Source of the DNA: Candidatus Multivoradales bacterium
GTDB lineage: Bacteria > Acidobacteriota > Thermoanaerobaculia > Multivoradales > Multivoraceae
NCBI GenBank assembly: GCA_965223325.1
Contig: CBDCWI010000002.1
Span: forward strand, 3,104,001 to 3,168,000
DNA length: 64,000 nucleotides
Direction of reading: 5' to 3'
The position numbers were made by a program, and so were the translations under genes. Shown piece after piece: positions 19,384-29,715 of this stretch (its first letter is position 1; every line of letters starts with the position of its first letter). The notes under the pieces are model-generated. The model worked only from the letters and a program-made list of their open reading frames with translations. It had not been told where the DNA came from and did no database searches.

Positions 19384-20289
19384 TTAGGTCGCCGCGAGAC
19401 TCTTCTCCCAGAGATCCCGAACGGCACGGTCGAGTCCAAGCGCAGGCGACCACCCGAGGCTTCGCAATCGCTCGGCCTGGCCAACGACGCGCGGATTGTC
19501 AGATGGACGCATGCGCTCGGGATCGAGTTCGATGTGCGCTTCGACGCCTGAAACCTCGAGCAGGAGGTCGAGCGCCCGGCGAATCGACACCGCCTCTCCC
19601 GACGCCAGGTTGTAGACCGAGCCCGGCTCGCCCTCGAGAGCGACAGCCATGTAGGCCGCGGCACCATCTCTGACATGGAGAAAGTCGCGCTCTGCCTCGA
19701 GGTTGCCAACCCTCAACACGGGCTCACGGCCACCACGGGCCATTTCGGCGAGTTGCTCTGCAAAACTCGGCAGCGCGAACTCGGTCGACTGGCCGGGACC
19801 GATGAGGTTGAACGAGCGCACCACGATGGCGCCGCGCGCTAGACACAAGCGTTCCGCTGCGGCCTTGGTGAGACCGTACGGCGTCGCCGGAGAGACCTCG
19901 CGCTCCTCAGCAATGGGCAACTCGGCCACCGGGACCGGCCCGTACACCTCAGCGCTCGAAGCCAGAACCATCCGCGTTCCCTCAGGCAGGGCATCGAGAA
20001 CCCGCTCGGTGCCAAGGACATTGACCGCAAAGTACGCGCCTGGTGCCTTCCAGGAGCGACCGACGTGGCTGAGCCCGGCAAGGTGGATCACCACGTCAGG
20101 CGCCGCGGCTTCAATCTCCTGGCGAATCGCTTCGCTGTCGAGAACCGAAGCGCTGACGAGTTCAACCCCTTCGAGTGCCGGCCGGGTCTTGAGATAGCTG
20201 CCAGTGACTTCGTGACCCGCTGCGCCGAGACACGCAGCGAGATGCCCGCCAACGAAACCCTCGATTCCAGTGATGAAAATCCTGGCCAT
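19384..20289 (-). CDS. NDP-sugar reductase/dehydratase (GDP-4-keto-6-deoxymannose reductase Rmd-like)
   Basis: TGIEGFVG, SSAEVYG, PYGLTK and GNLEAERDF motifs. Confidence 0.8.
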   Translation of the reverse strand: MARIFITGIEGFVGGHLAACLGAAGHEVTGSYLKTRPALEGVELVSASVLDSEAIRQEIEAAAPDVVIHLAGLSHVGRSWKAPGAYFAVNVLGTERVLDALPEGTRMVLASSAEVYGPVPVAELPIAEEREVSPATPYGLTKAAAERLCLARGAIVVRSFNLIGPGQSTEFALPSFAEQLAEMARGGREPVLRVGNLEAERDFLHVRDGAAAYMAVALEGEPGSVYNLASGEAVSIRRALDLLLEVSGVEAHIELDPERMRPSDNPRVVGQAERLRSLGWSPALGLDRAVRDLWEKSLAAT

Positions 20290-20294
20290 TCAGT

Positions 20295-21137
20295 TCACGC
20301 CGCCTCGAGTCGTCGATAGGTCGCAAGGCCTTCGTACCAGCGCTCGACGGGACGCTTGGCGAGCTCTTGGAAACGACCGACATCGAGAACCGAATAGGCC
20401 GGCCGCGCGGCGGGCCGCGGAAACTCCGCAGTGGTCACCGGCACGACGCGCGCTTCGAGCCCCCAGACCTCGACCACGGCGCTTGCCAGATCGAACCAGG
20501 TGGCCGGCTCGTCGTCGCGATAGTGCACGATGCCCGACGCATCGACGGAGATCAGGTCGAACACCGCGTTGGCGAGATGCGGGGTGAACGTCGGCGCGCC
20601 GCGCTGGTCGTCAACGACGCGCAACTCATCGCGCTCTCTGCCAAGACGAGCCATCGTGTCGACAAAGTTCCTCCCTCCCGGCCCAAAGAGCCAACTGGTG
20701 CGCACGACTAGAGCACCACTAGCCGTCAACGCCTCGCGCTCGCCCAGTAGCTTGCTTTCGCCGTAGGCCGAGATTGGCGCAGTCGATGCACCCTCGAGAT
20801 AGGGAACGTCCGCCGTGCCGTCGAAGACGTAGTCGCTCGAGATCTGGACCAGTCGCATGCCGCGCTTCTCCGCTGCCCGGGCCAGTCGACCGACGGCGTG
20901 GCCATTCACCTCGAAGGCTCGCTCGGTTTCGGTCTCGCAACCGTCGACGTTGGTATAGGCCGCGGCGTTGATCACCCATCGTGGTTCGAAGTCTTCGAAT
21001 ACTGCCTCGACGGCCTCGGTGTCGGTTACATCGAGGTCAGAGTGGGCAAGCGATTCGAAGTCGAGCTCTCTGGCTAATGCTCCCTCGGCCAGAGAGCGGC
21101 CGAGCATTCCTCCGCCGCCGAGAATGAGGATCGACAT
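20295..21137 (-). CDS. rfbD: dTDP-4-dehydrorhamnose reductase
   Basis: GGGGMLG, AAYTNVDGCE, SSDYVFDG, YGESK, DQRGAPT and RPARP motifs. Confidence 0.92.
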   Translation of the reverse strand: MSILILGGGGMLGRSLAEGALARELDFESLAHSDLDVTDTEAVEAVFEDFEPRWVINAAAYTNVDGCETETERAFEVNGHAVGRLARAAEKRGMRLVQISSDYVFDGTADVPYLEGASTAPISAYGESKLLGEREALTASGALVVRTSWLFGPGGRNFVDTMARLGRERDELRVVDDQRGAPTFTPHLANAVFDLISVDASGIVHYRDDEPATWFDLASAVVEVWGLEARVVPVTTAEFPRPAARPAYSVLDVGRFQELAKRPVERWYEGLATYRRLEAA

Positions 21138-21141
21138 CGCT

Positions 21142-23487
21142 CTAGAAGGTCTCGTGGCTGCCACCGGTGAAGTCGAGGAACGTTCCGACATTCTTGAGCG
21201 AGAGCGAGAAGCGGAACTCGCGGTCGACAAGCTCACCGCGGCGATACTCGCCCAGCTCGAGGTTGACGCTGTAGCAAGAGCCCTGAAAGCGCAGGAGGTG
21301 CCGTTGCAGAATCATTTCCTCACGAAGAATGTCGTAGTTGATCGACGAGTCGAGGAAGAGGCGGCGGGCGACAATCGGGAAGCGCGACGAAACGCGCACC
21401 TGGTGGGTCAGCGTGTCGTCTCGCTCCGGATCGATGCGCGTGGTCCAACGCACGCCGAGCCTGCTCTGGCCACTGAAGCGCAGCGTCGAACTGAGCGAAG
21501 CCGACTCGATTGCGCCGAACAGAGTGTTGTAGCGCACGTCGGTGTCGATCTGCGTGCGGTTGCTCGGGCTATAGCGCAGCCGAGCGCGCACGGGGCCTTG
21601 CTGTTTCTCGCGCCGCACTCCATTCTCGTCGAGGCCACCGATCTGAAGCGGCTTCTCATCGTCAAACGAGAAGTCCTGCGAGAGCTCGAATGACAAGATC
21701 TCGAACGCACCCCCGCCACCTTCTTCTGCCGGTTTGGCCAATAGACGATTGAAGAGACTGAAGCGCGCGACGTTGGCGCCGCTCACCCGATCGACCTCGT
21801 CGAAAAGCGGTACCAGCGCCTGGTCTTCGTAGTCATCGAGAAAGGAATAGGTGATGCGCGGCTCGATGAGGTGCTTGAACTTGCTGAACTTCTTGCCGCC
21901 GCTATCGAAGATCTTGGAGAAACTCGGCCCAACGATCTCGGCCGACGCGGTAGGCACGGCGCGCGTGATGCTCTCGCCACTGAAATCGGTGGTGCGGTCG
22001 GCCTCGAGCCGTGAGCTCTCGGTCAGGCTGTCGCCGTACCAGGTCAAGCGACCACCGGCGGTGAAGGAAAACTGAAGCCAAGGTAGCGTCCGAATCGGCA
22101 GCGTGATGTTTGGAAAGAGATCCGCGCGCGCGTAGGAGTTGTCTTGCAGCTCGGTGCGCTCAACGTCGAGATAGTGGACCGAGCTGCGCAGATCGAGGTA
22201 GAGCGGCGAAGAGCCGATGCGCGTCGATCGCAGCTTGTATTCGAGCTCGGGCAACTGACGAAGGGTCACGTTGCGATCGGCGTTGATGAACGTCTCACGC
22301 TGGTCGAGATTCAGGTTGAGCGAGTGCGGCCCCCAGTTGCCGGTGAGGTAGGCGGTCGAATAGAGCTGCCGCCGCGCGTGCCGGTCACCGCGGCGCTCGA
22401 AGTCGAGAAAGTAGTCGAAGTCTGAAGCGTCTTCGTAGTTGATGACGGCACGCATTCCCGCCGGCAGGTTGCGCGACTCGTGGTGGTACGACATGCGCCA
22501 ACGGGTTTCGTCGCGATCCGGGTCTCGAATGCCATAGCCCTCGAAGATTCCCTCGGTGCCTTCGCTTGGTTTGTAGCGCACCTCGGTGCCAAAGCCGAGG
22601 TAGTTGTAACCCGCCGACTCGCCGGTCTCGGTGGTGGTGAACACCAGGCCGCCGCCGTCACCGCTGAAGAGGTCGGTCTGGAAGGTGGCGTCCCAGCTGC
22701 GGTTGATCGCCCAGTAGTAGGCCAGGCCGAGGGAGATCCCGCGGCGCTCCGAGTATCCTGGCTTGGGAACCAGAAAGCCCGAGGTGCGATCAGACATCAC
22801 CGGCCACAGAATGTAGGGCGAGTACAAGAGCGGTAGCTTCTTGGCGCGGAACGTCGCCCCACGGACTTTCGCATAACCACCGAGAGTGACGTCTGCCCGT
22901 CGAGTTCTGAAGCTCCAGGCCGGCACTTCGCCCTCGCACGAACTGAACGCGCCATCGAGAATTCGATACTGGTTCTCGCCGGTCTTGATCACCTCGCGCC
23001 CGGTGAAGAAGTAGTCGGTGCCGGAGTTGCCAGTGGCGTTGATGATCCTACCCAGTTCAGTCTCGAGGTTGATCTCGAGGGAATCTCCGGTCAATCGCTC
23101 GGGGCCCTGGTCGAAGACCACGTTGCCACTTGCTACGACGTCCTGGGTCTCGGAGTCGAAGTCGATCTGGTCGGCCTTGATCGAGATGTCCTGGTAGAGG
23201 ATCTCTTCGACTCCGAAGACCTGCCACTTGCCGCTGCCGTCGGTACTGACCTCGCGCGCCTGGCCGGTGACCGTACTGCCGTCTTCCAGGCGGATTTCGA
23301 AAGTCGTCAGCTGGGGCCGTTCCTCCTCGGTGGAGGCCGGATTGCCGACGGCGAAGTCACCGTCAGGTGCAGACGCGCCGTCTCCTTCTTCGTCCTGTGC
23401 GACCACCGGAGACCCCAGAGGCAGAACCGCCAGCAACAACCCCAGGACCGAGAGTCTGAGCCTGCCGGCCAGGGCTTTTCGAATCAC
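21142..23487 (-). CDS. lptD: LPS-assembly protein LptD
   Basis: Signal peptide, OstA-like N-domain (ASGNVVF), FSSCEGEVPAWS, RTSGFLVP and a beta-barrel C-terminus. The GTG start overlaps the thiolase stop. Confidence 0.8.
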   Translation of the reverse strand: MIRKALAGRLRLSVLGLLLAVLPLGSPVVAQDEEGDGASAPDGDFAVGNPASTEEERPQLTTFEIRLEDGSTVTGQAREVSTDGSGKWQVFGVEEILYQDISIKADQIDFDSETQDVVASGNVVFDQGPERLTGDSLEINLETELGRIINATGNSGTDYFFTGREVIKTGENQYRILDGAFSSCEGEVPAWSFRTRRADVTLGGYAKVRGATFRAKKLPLLYSPYILWPVMSDRTSGFLVPKPGYSERRGISLGLAYYWAINRSWDATFQTDLFSGDGGGLVFTTTETGESAGYNYLGFGTEVRYKPSEGTEGIFEGYGIRDPDRDETRWRMSYHHESRNLPAGMRAVINYEDASDFDYFLDFERRGDRHARRQLYSTAYLTGNWGPHSLNLNLDQRETFINADRNVTLRQLPELEYKLRSTRIGSSPLYLDLRSSVHYLDVERTELQDNSYARADLFPNITLPIRTLPWLQFSFTAGGRLTWYGDSLTESSRLEADRTTDFSGESITRAVPTASAEIVGPSFSKIFDSGGKKFSKFKHLIEPRITYSFLDDYEDQALVPLFDEVDRVSGANVARFSLFNRLLAKPAEEGGGGAFEILSFELSQDFSFDDEKPLQIGGLDENGVRREKQQGPVRARLRYSPSNRTQIDTDVRYNTLFGAIESASLSSTLRFSGQSRLGVRWTTRIDPERDDTLTHQVRVSSRFPIVARRLFLDSSINYDILREEMILQRHLLRFQGSCYSVNLELGEYRRGELVDREFRFSLSLKNVGTFLDFTGGSHETF

Positions 23488-24677
23488 GCCACCCTCTCGA
23501 CCAACATCGCGGTCGCTTCGCCGCCACCGATGCAAATCGCAGCGCAACCGAGCTTCGCGTCACGCTCTTCCATCGCATGCAGGAGGGTGGTGACGATGCG
23601 AGCGCCAGAGGCACCAATGGGATGGCCTAGTGAAACGGCACCGCCATTTACGTTGACCTTCTCGTGCGGTAGATCGAGGCTCTTCATGCACGCGAGAACC
23701 ACCACCGAAAACGCTTCATTGATCTCCCAGAGGTCGACATCCGAGGCCTTGACATCAGCACGCTCGAGGACCCGCTCGATGGCCTTGATGGGTGCGGTGG
23801 TAAACCACTCGGGCTCGTGAGCGGCACTGGCCTGGGCCACGAGGCGCGCCAGCGGCTTGATGCCTTGCTTCTCGGCAACAGCAGGAGTCCCCAGCACGAG
23901 CGCCGCGGCCCCGTCGCTCAGGTTGCTGGCGTTGGCAGCAGTCACCGTGCCGTCTTCCTCGAACGCCGGCCGCAGACCACCCATGCGATCGAGCTTCACC
24001 TTGAAAGGATCTTCGTCTCGATCGACGACGGTTGGATCGCCGCGCCGCACGGGCACTTCGACGGACGCGAGCTCGGCCTCGAACCGCCCCTCCTCGGTCG
24101 CCGCGCGAGCGCGCTCGTAGCTGGCTCGGGCATAGGCGTCTTGATCGTCGCGGGAGAAGTCGAACTCGCGCGCGCAGAGCTCGGCGCAGTTGCCCATGTG
24201 CTGATCGTTGTAGGGATCCCAGAGACCGTCGTGAATCATCGAGTCGACCAACGTCTGGTTACCGAAGCGCAGACCTCGCCGTGCTCCTTCGACGAGGTAC
24301 GGAGAGTTGCTCATACTCTCCATGCCGCCGGCGGCGACAACCTCGAAGTCGCCGCAGCGGATGTCGTTGGCGGCGATCATCAAGGTACGCATCCCCGAAC
24401 CGCACACCTTGTTGAGGGTGATGGCACCAGCCGAGATAGGTAGGCCGGCTCCGAGGGCCGCTTGACGCGCCGGCGCTTGACCGACGCCGCCCGTCAGAAC
24501 GCAGCCCATGTTGACCTGCTCAATCGCGTCGGGAGCGACCCCCGCCTTCTCGACCGCCGCTCGAATGGCCACCGCCCCGAGGACCGGCGCGTCGAGAGTG
24601 CCGAGCGCACCCTGAAAGCCCCCGATGGGCGTGCGAGCAGCGCTCAGAACCAGGACAGGAGAAGCAGTGTTGGGCAT
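23484..24677 (-). CDS. acetyl-CoA C-acetyltransferase (thiolase)
   Basis: NKVCGSG, NEAF, GHPIGASG and CIGGG motifs. Confidence 0.95.
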   Translation of the reverse strand: MPNTASPVLVLSAARTPIGGFQGALGTLDAPVLGAVAIRAAVEKAGVAPDAIEQVNMGCVLTGGVGQAPARQAALGAGLPISAGAITLNKVCGSGMRTLMIAANDIRCGDFEVVAAGGMESMSNSPYLVEGARRGLRFGNQTLVDSMIHDGLWDPYNDQHMGNCAELCAREFDFSRDDQDAYARASYERARAATEEGRFEAELASVEVPVRRGDPTVVDRDEDPFKVKLDRMGGLRPAFEEDGTVTAANASNLSDGAAALVLGTPAVAEKQGIKPLARLVAQASAAHEPEWFTTAPIKAIERVLERADVKASDVDLWEINEAFSVVVLACMKSLDLPHEKVNVNGGAVSLGHPIGASGARIVTTLLHAMEERDAKLGCAAICIGGGEATAMLVERVA

Positions 24678-24865
24678 CTGGAGGAATCCGTTTGGAAGAG
24701 GTCTTGGGGCTCTGGAGACGGGCGAAACGAACGTGCGCGGCAAAGGGGCCGAACCTCCTGTACACCATTTCCATGAGGGCCCAACCCGGCCCCCTGAGCG
24801 CTGTGGAAGGCGTTTGGATCGTAGCAGAGCGACTCCTTGCGCGATGCCGTATTCTCTTGGCCGCA

Positions 24866-25309
24866 ATGCGTCTACTGGCGATCGATTTCGGAGAAAAACG
24901 GGTGGGTCTCGCCATCTCTGACGAAACCGGAGGCGCGCGCCCGCTCGCCACTCTCGATCGCTCGACGGACAAGATCGTGGCCGCCCAGATCGCCCAGAAG
25001 GCAAAAGAGCTCGAGGTCACGGAACTGATTCTCGGCGAGCCGAGGAATGCATCGGGGGGCGCCGCCGAATGGACGGAGCGCGTGCGCCGTTTCGCCGTCC
25101 GGCTCGAGCGGCGGGTCCGCCTGCCGCTTTCCCTCGTCGATGAGTCGCTGACTTCGCACGAAGCCGAACAGCGGCTGCGCAGCAAGGGCATAGACCCGAG
25201 GCGCGAGCCCGGCAGGGTCGACGCGCTCGCCGCAGCGATTCTGCTCGAAGGTGAACTCGCCAGGCGACAACGCGAGGAGCTGATGGCCGGGGCTACTGAG
25301 GGTAAGTGA
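24866..25309 (+). CDS. ruvX: Holliday junction resolvase-like / pre-16S rRNA nuclease YqgF
   Basis: LAIDFGEKRVGLAISD, VDESLTS and VDALAAAILLE motifs. Confidence 0.93.
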   Translation: MRLLAIDFGEKRVGLAISDETGGARPLATLDRSTDKIVAAQIAQKAKELEVTELILGEPRNASGGAAEWTERVRRFAVRLERRVRLPLSLVDESLTSHEAEQRLRSKGIDPRREPGRVDALAAAILLEGELARRQREELMAGATEGK

Positions 25310-26367
25310 GCATGCTGCGGAAACTCTTCAAACTCTTCGGCTGCCTGGTGCTCCTTGCGGTTCTGGCGGTTGCTGCAATCGCCGCCGCGCTGCGCTGGGG
25401 TTGGCAGGAACTGCACGAACCACGCGCCATCCCGGGTGGCGAGGACGGCGTCGTCGTTCAGGTAGAGCCCGGCACCGGTGCGGGCGCCATCCTCGGGCTG
25501 CTGGAAGAGCACGGCGTTCTCGAACGACCGGAGCTCGCTCGCCTCTACCTCGGTCGCGTGCTCGACGACCCCCCTCTCCATCACGGCGAGTACCACTTCA
25601 GCGGCGAGATGCGGGCGGTCGATGTTCTCGAAAAGTTGATCGAGGGCGACGTCGTATTGCACTCCCTGACCGTGATCGAAGGTCTGACACTCGACGAAAC
25701 GGCCGACGCGATTGCCGAAGCCGGCTTCGGCGACCGCGAGGTACTGCGAGAGCTCGTCCATGACCCCGCACCAATCACAGATCTCGATCCCGGAGCCGAA
25801 AACCTCGAGGGCTATCTCTACCCCGAGACCTACTCGTTCCCACAAAGCGCCACCGAACGCGAAGTCATCGAGGCGATGGTCGGCGCGTTCCGGCGCCTGT
25901 ACGAAGACAGAATCGCCAACCGCCTCGATGGCGTTATGTCACTACGTGACCTGGTGACGCTGGCTTCGATCGTTGAGAAGGAAGCACAAGAGGACAGCGA
26001 GCGACCGCTGATAGCCAGCGTCTACGCCAACCGTCTTCGCATTGGGATGGGTCTCTACGCCGACCCAACGATCATCTACGCCAAGAAGCGCGCCGGGAAC
26101 TGGGACGGCAATCTGACCCGTCGCGATCTGGCCCTCGATTCGCCCTACAACACCTACGTCGTGCCGGGTCTCCCACCGAGCCCGATCTGCTCGCCGACAG
26201 TCGAGTCGCTCGAAGCCGCCCTCGACCCCGCCGAGACGCCCTTTCTCTACTTCGTCAGCAGGAACGACGGAACGCACGTGTTCGCTGAAACCTTGCGCGA
26301 ACACAATCAGAACGTCGATCGCTGGCAGCGCCGATACTGGCGCGAGAAACGTCAGAAGGGCAATTGA
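25306..26367 (+). CDS. mltG: endolytic transglycosylase MltG
   Basis: EGYLYPETY, LASIVEKE, DPT, SPYNTY..GLPP.PI and YFV motifs. Confidence 0.95.
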   Translation: MSMLRKLFKLFGCLVLLAVLAVAAIAAALRWGWQELHEPRAIPGGEDGVVVQVEPGTGAGAILGLLEEHGVLERPELARLYLGRVLDDPPLHHGEYHFSGEMRAVDVLEKLIEGDVVLHSLTVIEGLTLDETADAIAEAGFGDREVLRELVHDPAPITDLDPGAENLEGYLYPETYSFPQSATEREVIEAMVGAFRRLYEDRIANRLDGVMSLRDLVTLASIVEKEAQEDSERPLIASVYANRLRIGMGLYADPTIIYAKKRAGNWDGNLTRRDLALDSPYNTYVVPGLPPSPICSPTVESLEAALDPAETPFLYFVSRNDGTHVFAETLREHNQNVDRWQRRYWREKRQKGN

Positions 26368-26585
26368 GGCCCTAACGCTCCCCAGGGACCGAGAACGGCT
26401 CTAGAGCGGCGGAGGAATCGCGGCTGCACCAGAAAACCCGGGGGCGGCTCCATGCCTACCGGCTGTTGGGAGGGGCTGGCTGGACGCCTCGACGTCGCAG
26501 CGGAGGGCAGGAAAACACGAAACTTCTAGTAGAATCGTTCGATCCTCTATTTCAACTTGATGTGGCCCTCAAGGAGCTTTCTGCT

Positions 26586-28841
26586 TTGACTCCCGAGAAG
26601 TTCGGGCCGTTCCTGTTGCTGAAGAAGCTCTCCGAAGACCCGATCGGAGAGGTGTTTCGAGCTGGCCAGGTGAAAGACGGTCAAATCGAGACGCAGGTGC
26701 TGCTGCGCTCCTTCAATGGCTCCGCGATTGATGGTCGCGAGCTGGCATCAGACTTCCAGCGGTTCCAGAGCGCCGAAACAAACGGCTGCAACGGCCGCAC
26801 CCTGATGGTGGGTTCGGTACAAGGCGTGCCATATGCCGCCTGGGACTACATTCCCGGTAAGAACCTGGCTTCGCTTCTCGAGCACATCGAGTTCGGCAGC
26901 AACCCGCTGCCACCGGAGCACGCCTTGTTGATTGCCGAGCGAGTCGCACTGTCGCTCGTCGCGGCACATGAGGCGGGTCAGCCGGACGAGACCACTCGGC
27001 ACGGCTTCCTGGTGCCAAGCCTGGTGATGCTCTCGAACGAAGGGGAAACTCGAGTTCTCGGTTTCGAAGTTGGCGCGTCGCTGCGCAGTCAGGTCCGAGA
27101 CAGCGCCGGCCTCAAGAGCCACTTCGGTCGCTACCTGCGACCCGAAGTGCTCGCCGGTTCGAACGGCGCGTCGGGCGAAGATGCCTATTCGCTGGCCGTG
27201 ATCCTCCTGGAGTTGCTCGGCGGCCGCACATTGCCTGCCGCCGAGCCAGAGGGCTATCAGGGGCTCGTGCGCCGCATCGTCGGGCGCGGCAACGACGAGC
27301 TGGCGCAGCTGCTCCACGACAGTCTCACTCCTTCGCCTGAACGTCTCGACGACATCAACGCCTGGCAACGACGGCTGAGCAGCTTGATGATCGAGGGCCG
27401 CCACAAGTCAACGACCTTCAATCTCGCCTTCTTCATGCACAGCCTCTTCCGCGACGAGATCGAACAAGAGGCGGAGGAGATCCAGGCGGAGCGTAGTCTC
27501 ACCATGTTGCCCGAGAGCAGTTTCGCGACCCCAACTGACGGGTCGGGCGGGCTTTCGGGCGTGCAGGAAGCCCTGACGGCGAGAACCCCTGGGCGTGGCT
27601 CAGGGCAGTTCACCATCGAACCAGAGTACGAGCGCCCCCTCGAGAGTCTCGAGGTCCTTGACTCCGGGCTCCGGCCCATCACGACTGTGGCTGCACCACA
27701 CTCCGCGACAGATCTGGAGATCACCAGCCGCGACGTTGTTCCTGTCACCCAACGAAAACAACTTCCGCTCTGGGCTGGTCTCGCATTCGGCGTGATCGCC
27801 GCCGGTGGAATCGGCCTCGTTGCCTATCGCATGACGGCAACTCCGGCTCCGGCTGAAGCGGCGACCACCACCCAGTCATCCGCGATGACCATCGACCCCG
27901 GCGGCGCCAGCGATGTTCCCCTCGGGCCTCTGGAGGCTGCCGGAGCGGCGGGTGCCGAAACCGCGCTTGGGGGCATCGCGGTTGACTCTGACCTGGAAGC
28001 CGAGCGCGTGGCAGCCGAGCGACAGGAGCTCCTCGACGAGCTCGATCAACGCATGGCAGCGCGCGCCGACGAGGTCGAAGCGTCCCTGCGGTCGCAGTAC
28101 TCGCGCGAGATCGCCGCCCTTCGTGCCCAACTGGAGGCCAGTCAGGAGCGTGAGCGCGAGCTGCGCCAAGCCACCAACGAACAGGGGGATCGCGCCGCCG
28201 CTACTTCACCGATCGCGCAAGCAGGCGAAGGGCCAGCAACCGCCAATGCCCTCAGTCGACAGAGAACCGCACCGGCTCCGGTGCCCATTGAAGCAATCGA
28301 CGTGCGCGATACGGCGTCGCCTGCCGGCAGTCGACCGTCCACCGACCCTGCAAGCACCACTCAAACGCTAGCGGCAGAAAGCGACAACGATAGCGCCGCC
28401 ACGGAGAGAGTCGCCACGGAAGGTGCTTCGGTCGCCGACGATGTCGCGACCAACCAGGTGCCCACCGCCACCGCAGAGCCCAGCAGCGCGTCCCAGACCC
28501 CCGCAGTCGACCCCAATACCCCAGCGAGAATCGAACGCGTCGTCCGCGGTCAGCTGGTCTCAGCAGGCCCCAGCGTTACACCTCCAAGCCTCGTCTCCTC
28601 GATCGACCCGTCGTTTCCTGAAGTGGCACGACGCCTCCGACGCGAAGGAACCGTCTGGGTCGACGTCCTGGTCGGGCCAGACGGCTCGGTGGAGAACACG
28701 CGCATCGCACAAGGCGCGGGCTTCGGGTTCGATGAGTCCGCGCTGCGCGCCGTCCGCCGCGCTCGATTCGCCCCACCGCAAAAGAACGGCGTCGACGTCC
28801 GCATGTGGACGCGGGTGAAGGTCGAGTTTCAGATCGAGTAG
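26586..28841 (+). CDS. Ser/Thr pseudokinase - TM - coiled coil - TonB C-terminal domain fusion
   Basis: Kinase fold with degenerate motifs, TM LWAGLAFGVIAAGGIGLVAY, and TonB-C P.FPEVARRLRREGTV.V.VLVGPDGSV...F.P..KNG. AAGGAG RBS before the TTG start. Confidence 0.8.
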   Translation: MTPEKFGPFLLLKKLSEDPIGEVFRAGQVKDGQIETQVLLRSFNGSAIDGRELASDFQRFQSAETNGCNGRTLMVGSVQGVPYAAWDYIPGKNLASLLEHIEFGSNPLPPEHALLIAERVALSLVAAHEAGQPDETTRHGFLVPSLVMLSNEGETRVLGFEVGASLRSQVRDSAGLKSHFGRYLRPEVLAGSNGASGEDAYSLAVILLELLGGRTLPAAEPEGYQGLVRRIVGRGNDELAQLLHDSLTPSPERLDDINAWQRRLSSLMIEGRHKSTTFNLAFFMHSLFRDEIEQEAEEIQAERSLTMLPESSFATPTDGSGGLSGVQEALTARTPGRGSGQFTIEPEYERPLESLEVLDSGLRPITTVAAPHSATDLEITSRDVVPVTQRKQLPLWAGLAFGVIAAGGIGLVAYRMTATPAPAEAATTTQSSAMTIDPGGASDVPLGPLEAAGAAGAETALGGIAVDSDLEAERVAAERQELLDELDQRMAARADEVEASLRSQYSREIAALRAQLEASQERERELRQATNEQGDRAAATSPIAQAGEGPATANALSRQRTAPAPVPIEAIDVRDTASPAGSRPSTDPASTTQTLAAESDNDSAATERVATEGASVADDVATNQVPTATAEPSSASQTPAVDPNTPARIERVVRGQLVSAGPSVTPPSLVSSIDPSFPEVARRLRREGTVWVDVLVGPDGSVENTRIAQGAGFGFDESALRAVRRARFAPPQKNGVDVRMWTRVKVEFQIE

Positions 28842-28871
28842 CGAACTGTCCGCGGCTGGGAGCCCGGGCGG

Positions 28872-29519
28872 CTAGAGATCAGCCTTCTTGAGGCTTCCGA
28901 CCAGCGACTGCACGACCGGCTTGAGTACGCGGTCGAACTGAGCGTCGTCGTCGACACCGCCACCAATGCCCGCGACCCGCACCTTGGCGCTCTTGGTCTC
29001 CTCACGCGCCTCGTCGGCCCAAACGATTTCACCGGTTGTGGTGTTGACCAGGCGAGCGTTCATGGCAGCGCTGAACTTCTTGCGCTTGACGCCGAAGGAA
29101 GGAAGGCCCGCGACGCTGCGTGACCCTGCCTGCGCCGTCGATGCGCCGTATTCGGTCACCGCACCGGTCAAGATGTACTCTACGCCAAGCAGCTTGCCAG
29201 CCTTGACCGCAGTTGAGGGATCGACGTCACCCGAGAGCGAGAGGTTCTTCTCCGCCATGAGTGCCGCGAGGGCCTCGCGCTCGATGACGCGGAACTTGCC
29301 GCTCTTGACCAGCTCGGTGACGAAGACATCCTGAGCCGCCGAGGCCCCACCCGAACGCCACCAGTGATACCACTGCTGATCGGCCTTGGCCTTGAACTCA
29401 ATCACTGCAATGCGAGGCTTCTCGGCGGCGCCCGCCATGCTGGCAACGAGCATCAGGCTTGCCGCGGCAATGGCAAGGGTGAGGTATTTGGCGGCTTGCT
29501 TGAGAATCAGTGGCTTCAC
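28872..29519 (-). CDS. CsgG/HfaB family periplasmic protein
   Basis: Signal peptide, KPRIAVIEF, SGKFRVIERE, GKLLGVEYILTGAVTEYG and ARLVNTTTGEI motifs. Confidence 0.85.
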   Translation of the reverse strand: MKPLILKQAAKYLTLAIAAASLMLVASMAGAAEKPRIAVIEFKAKADQQWYHWWRSGGASAAQDVFVTELVKSGKFRVIEREALAALMAEKNLSLSGDVDPSTAVKAGKLLGVEYILTGAVTEYGASTAQAGSRSVAGLPSFGVKRKKFSAAMNARLVNTTTGEIVWADEAREETKSAKVRVAGIGGGVDDDAQFDRVLKPVVQSLVGSLKKADL

Positions 29520-29715
29520 GGGAGGTCCTCCTTCTCGGGAACGTGGAAACGCTGGGAGCAACGCCCGGCTGAGTGCCCAGCACGTCTCCAGCAAGATAGC
29601 GCATAGAGCGGGACAGAAAACACAGAGTCCTCGCCCAGGCGACTAGAAAAACTAGTTTAACACCGAAGAAACCTGTCTGGGCGCCGCGCCTCAGGGCCAA
29701 GGGACCAGGAAGGCT

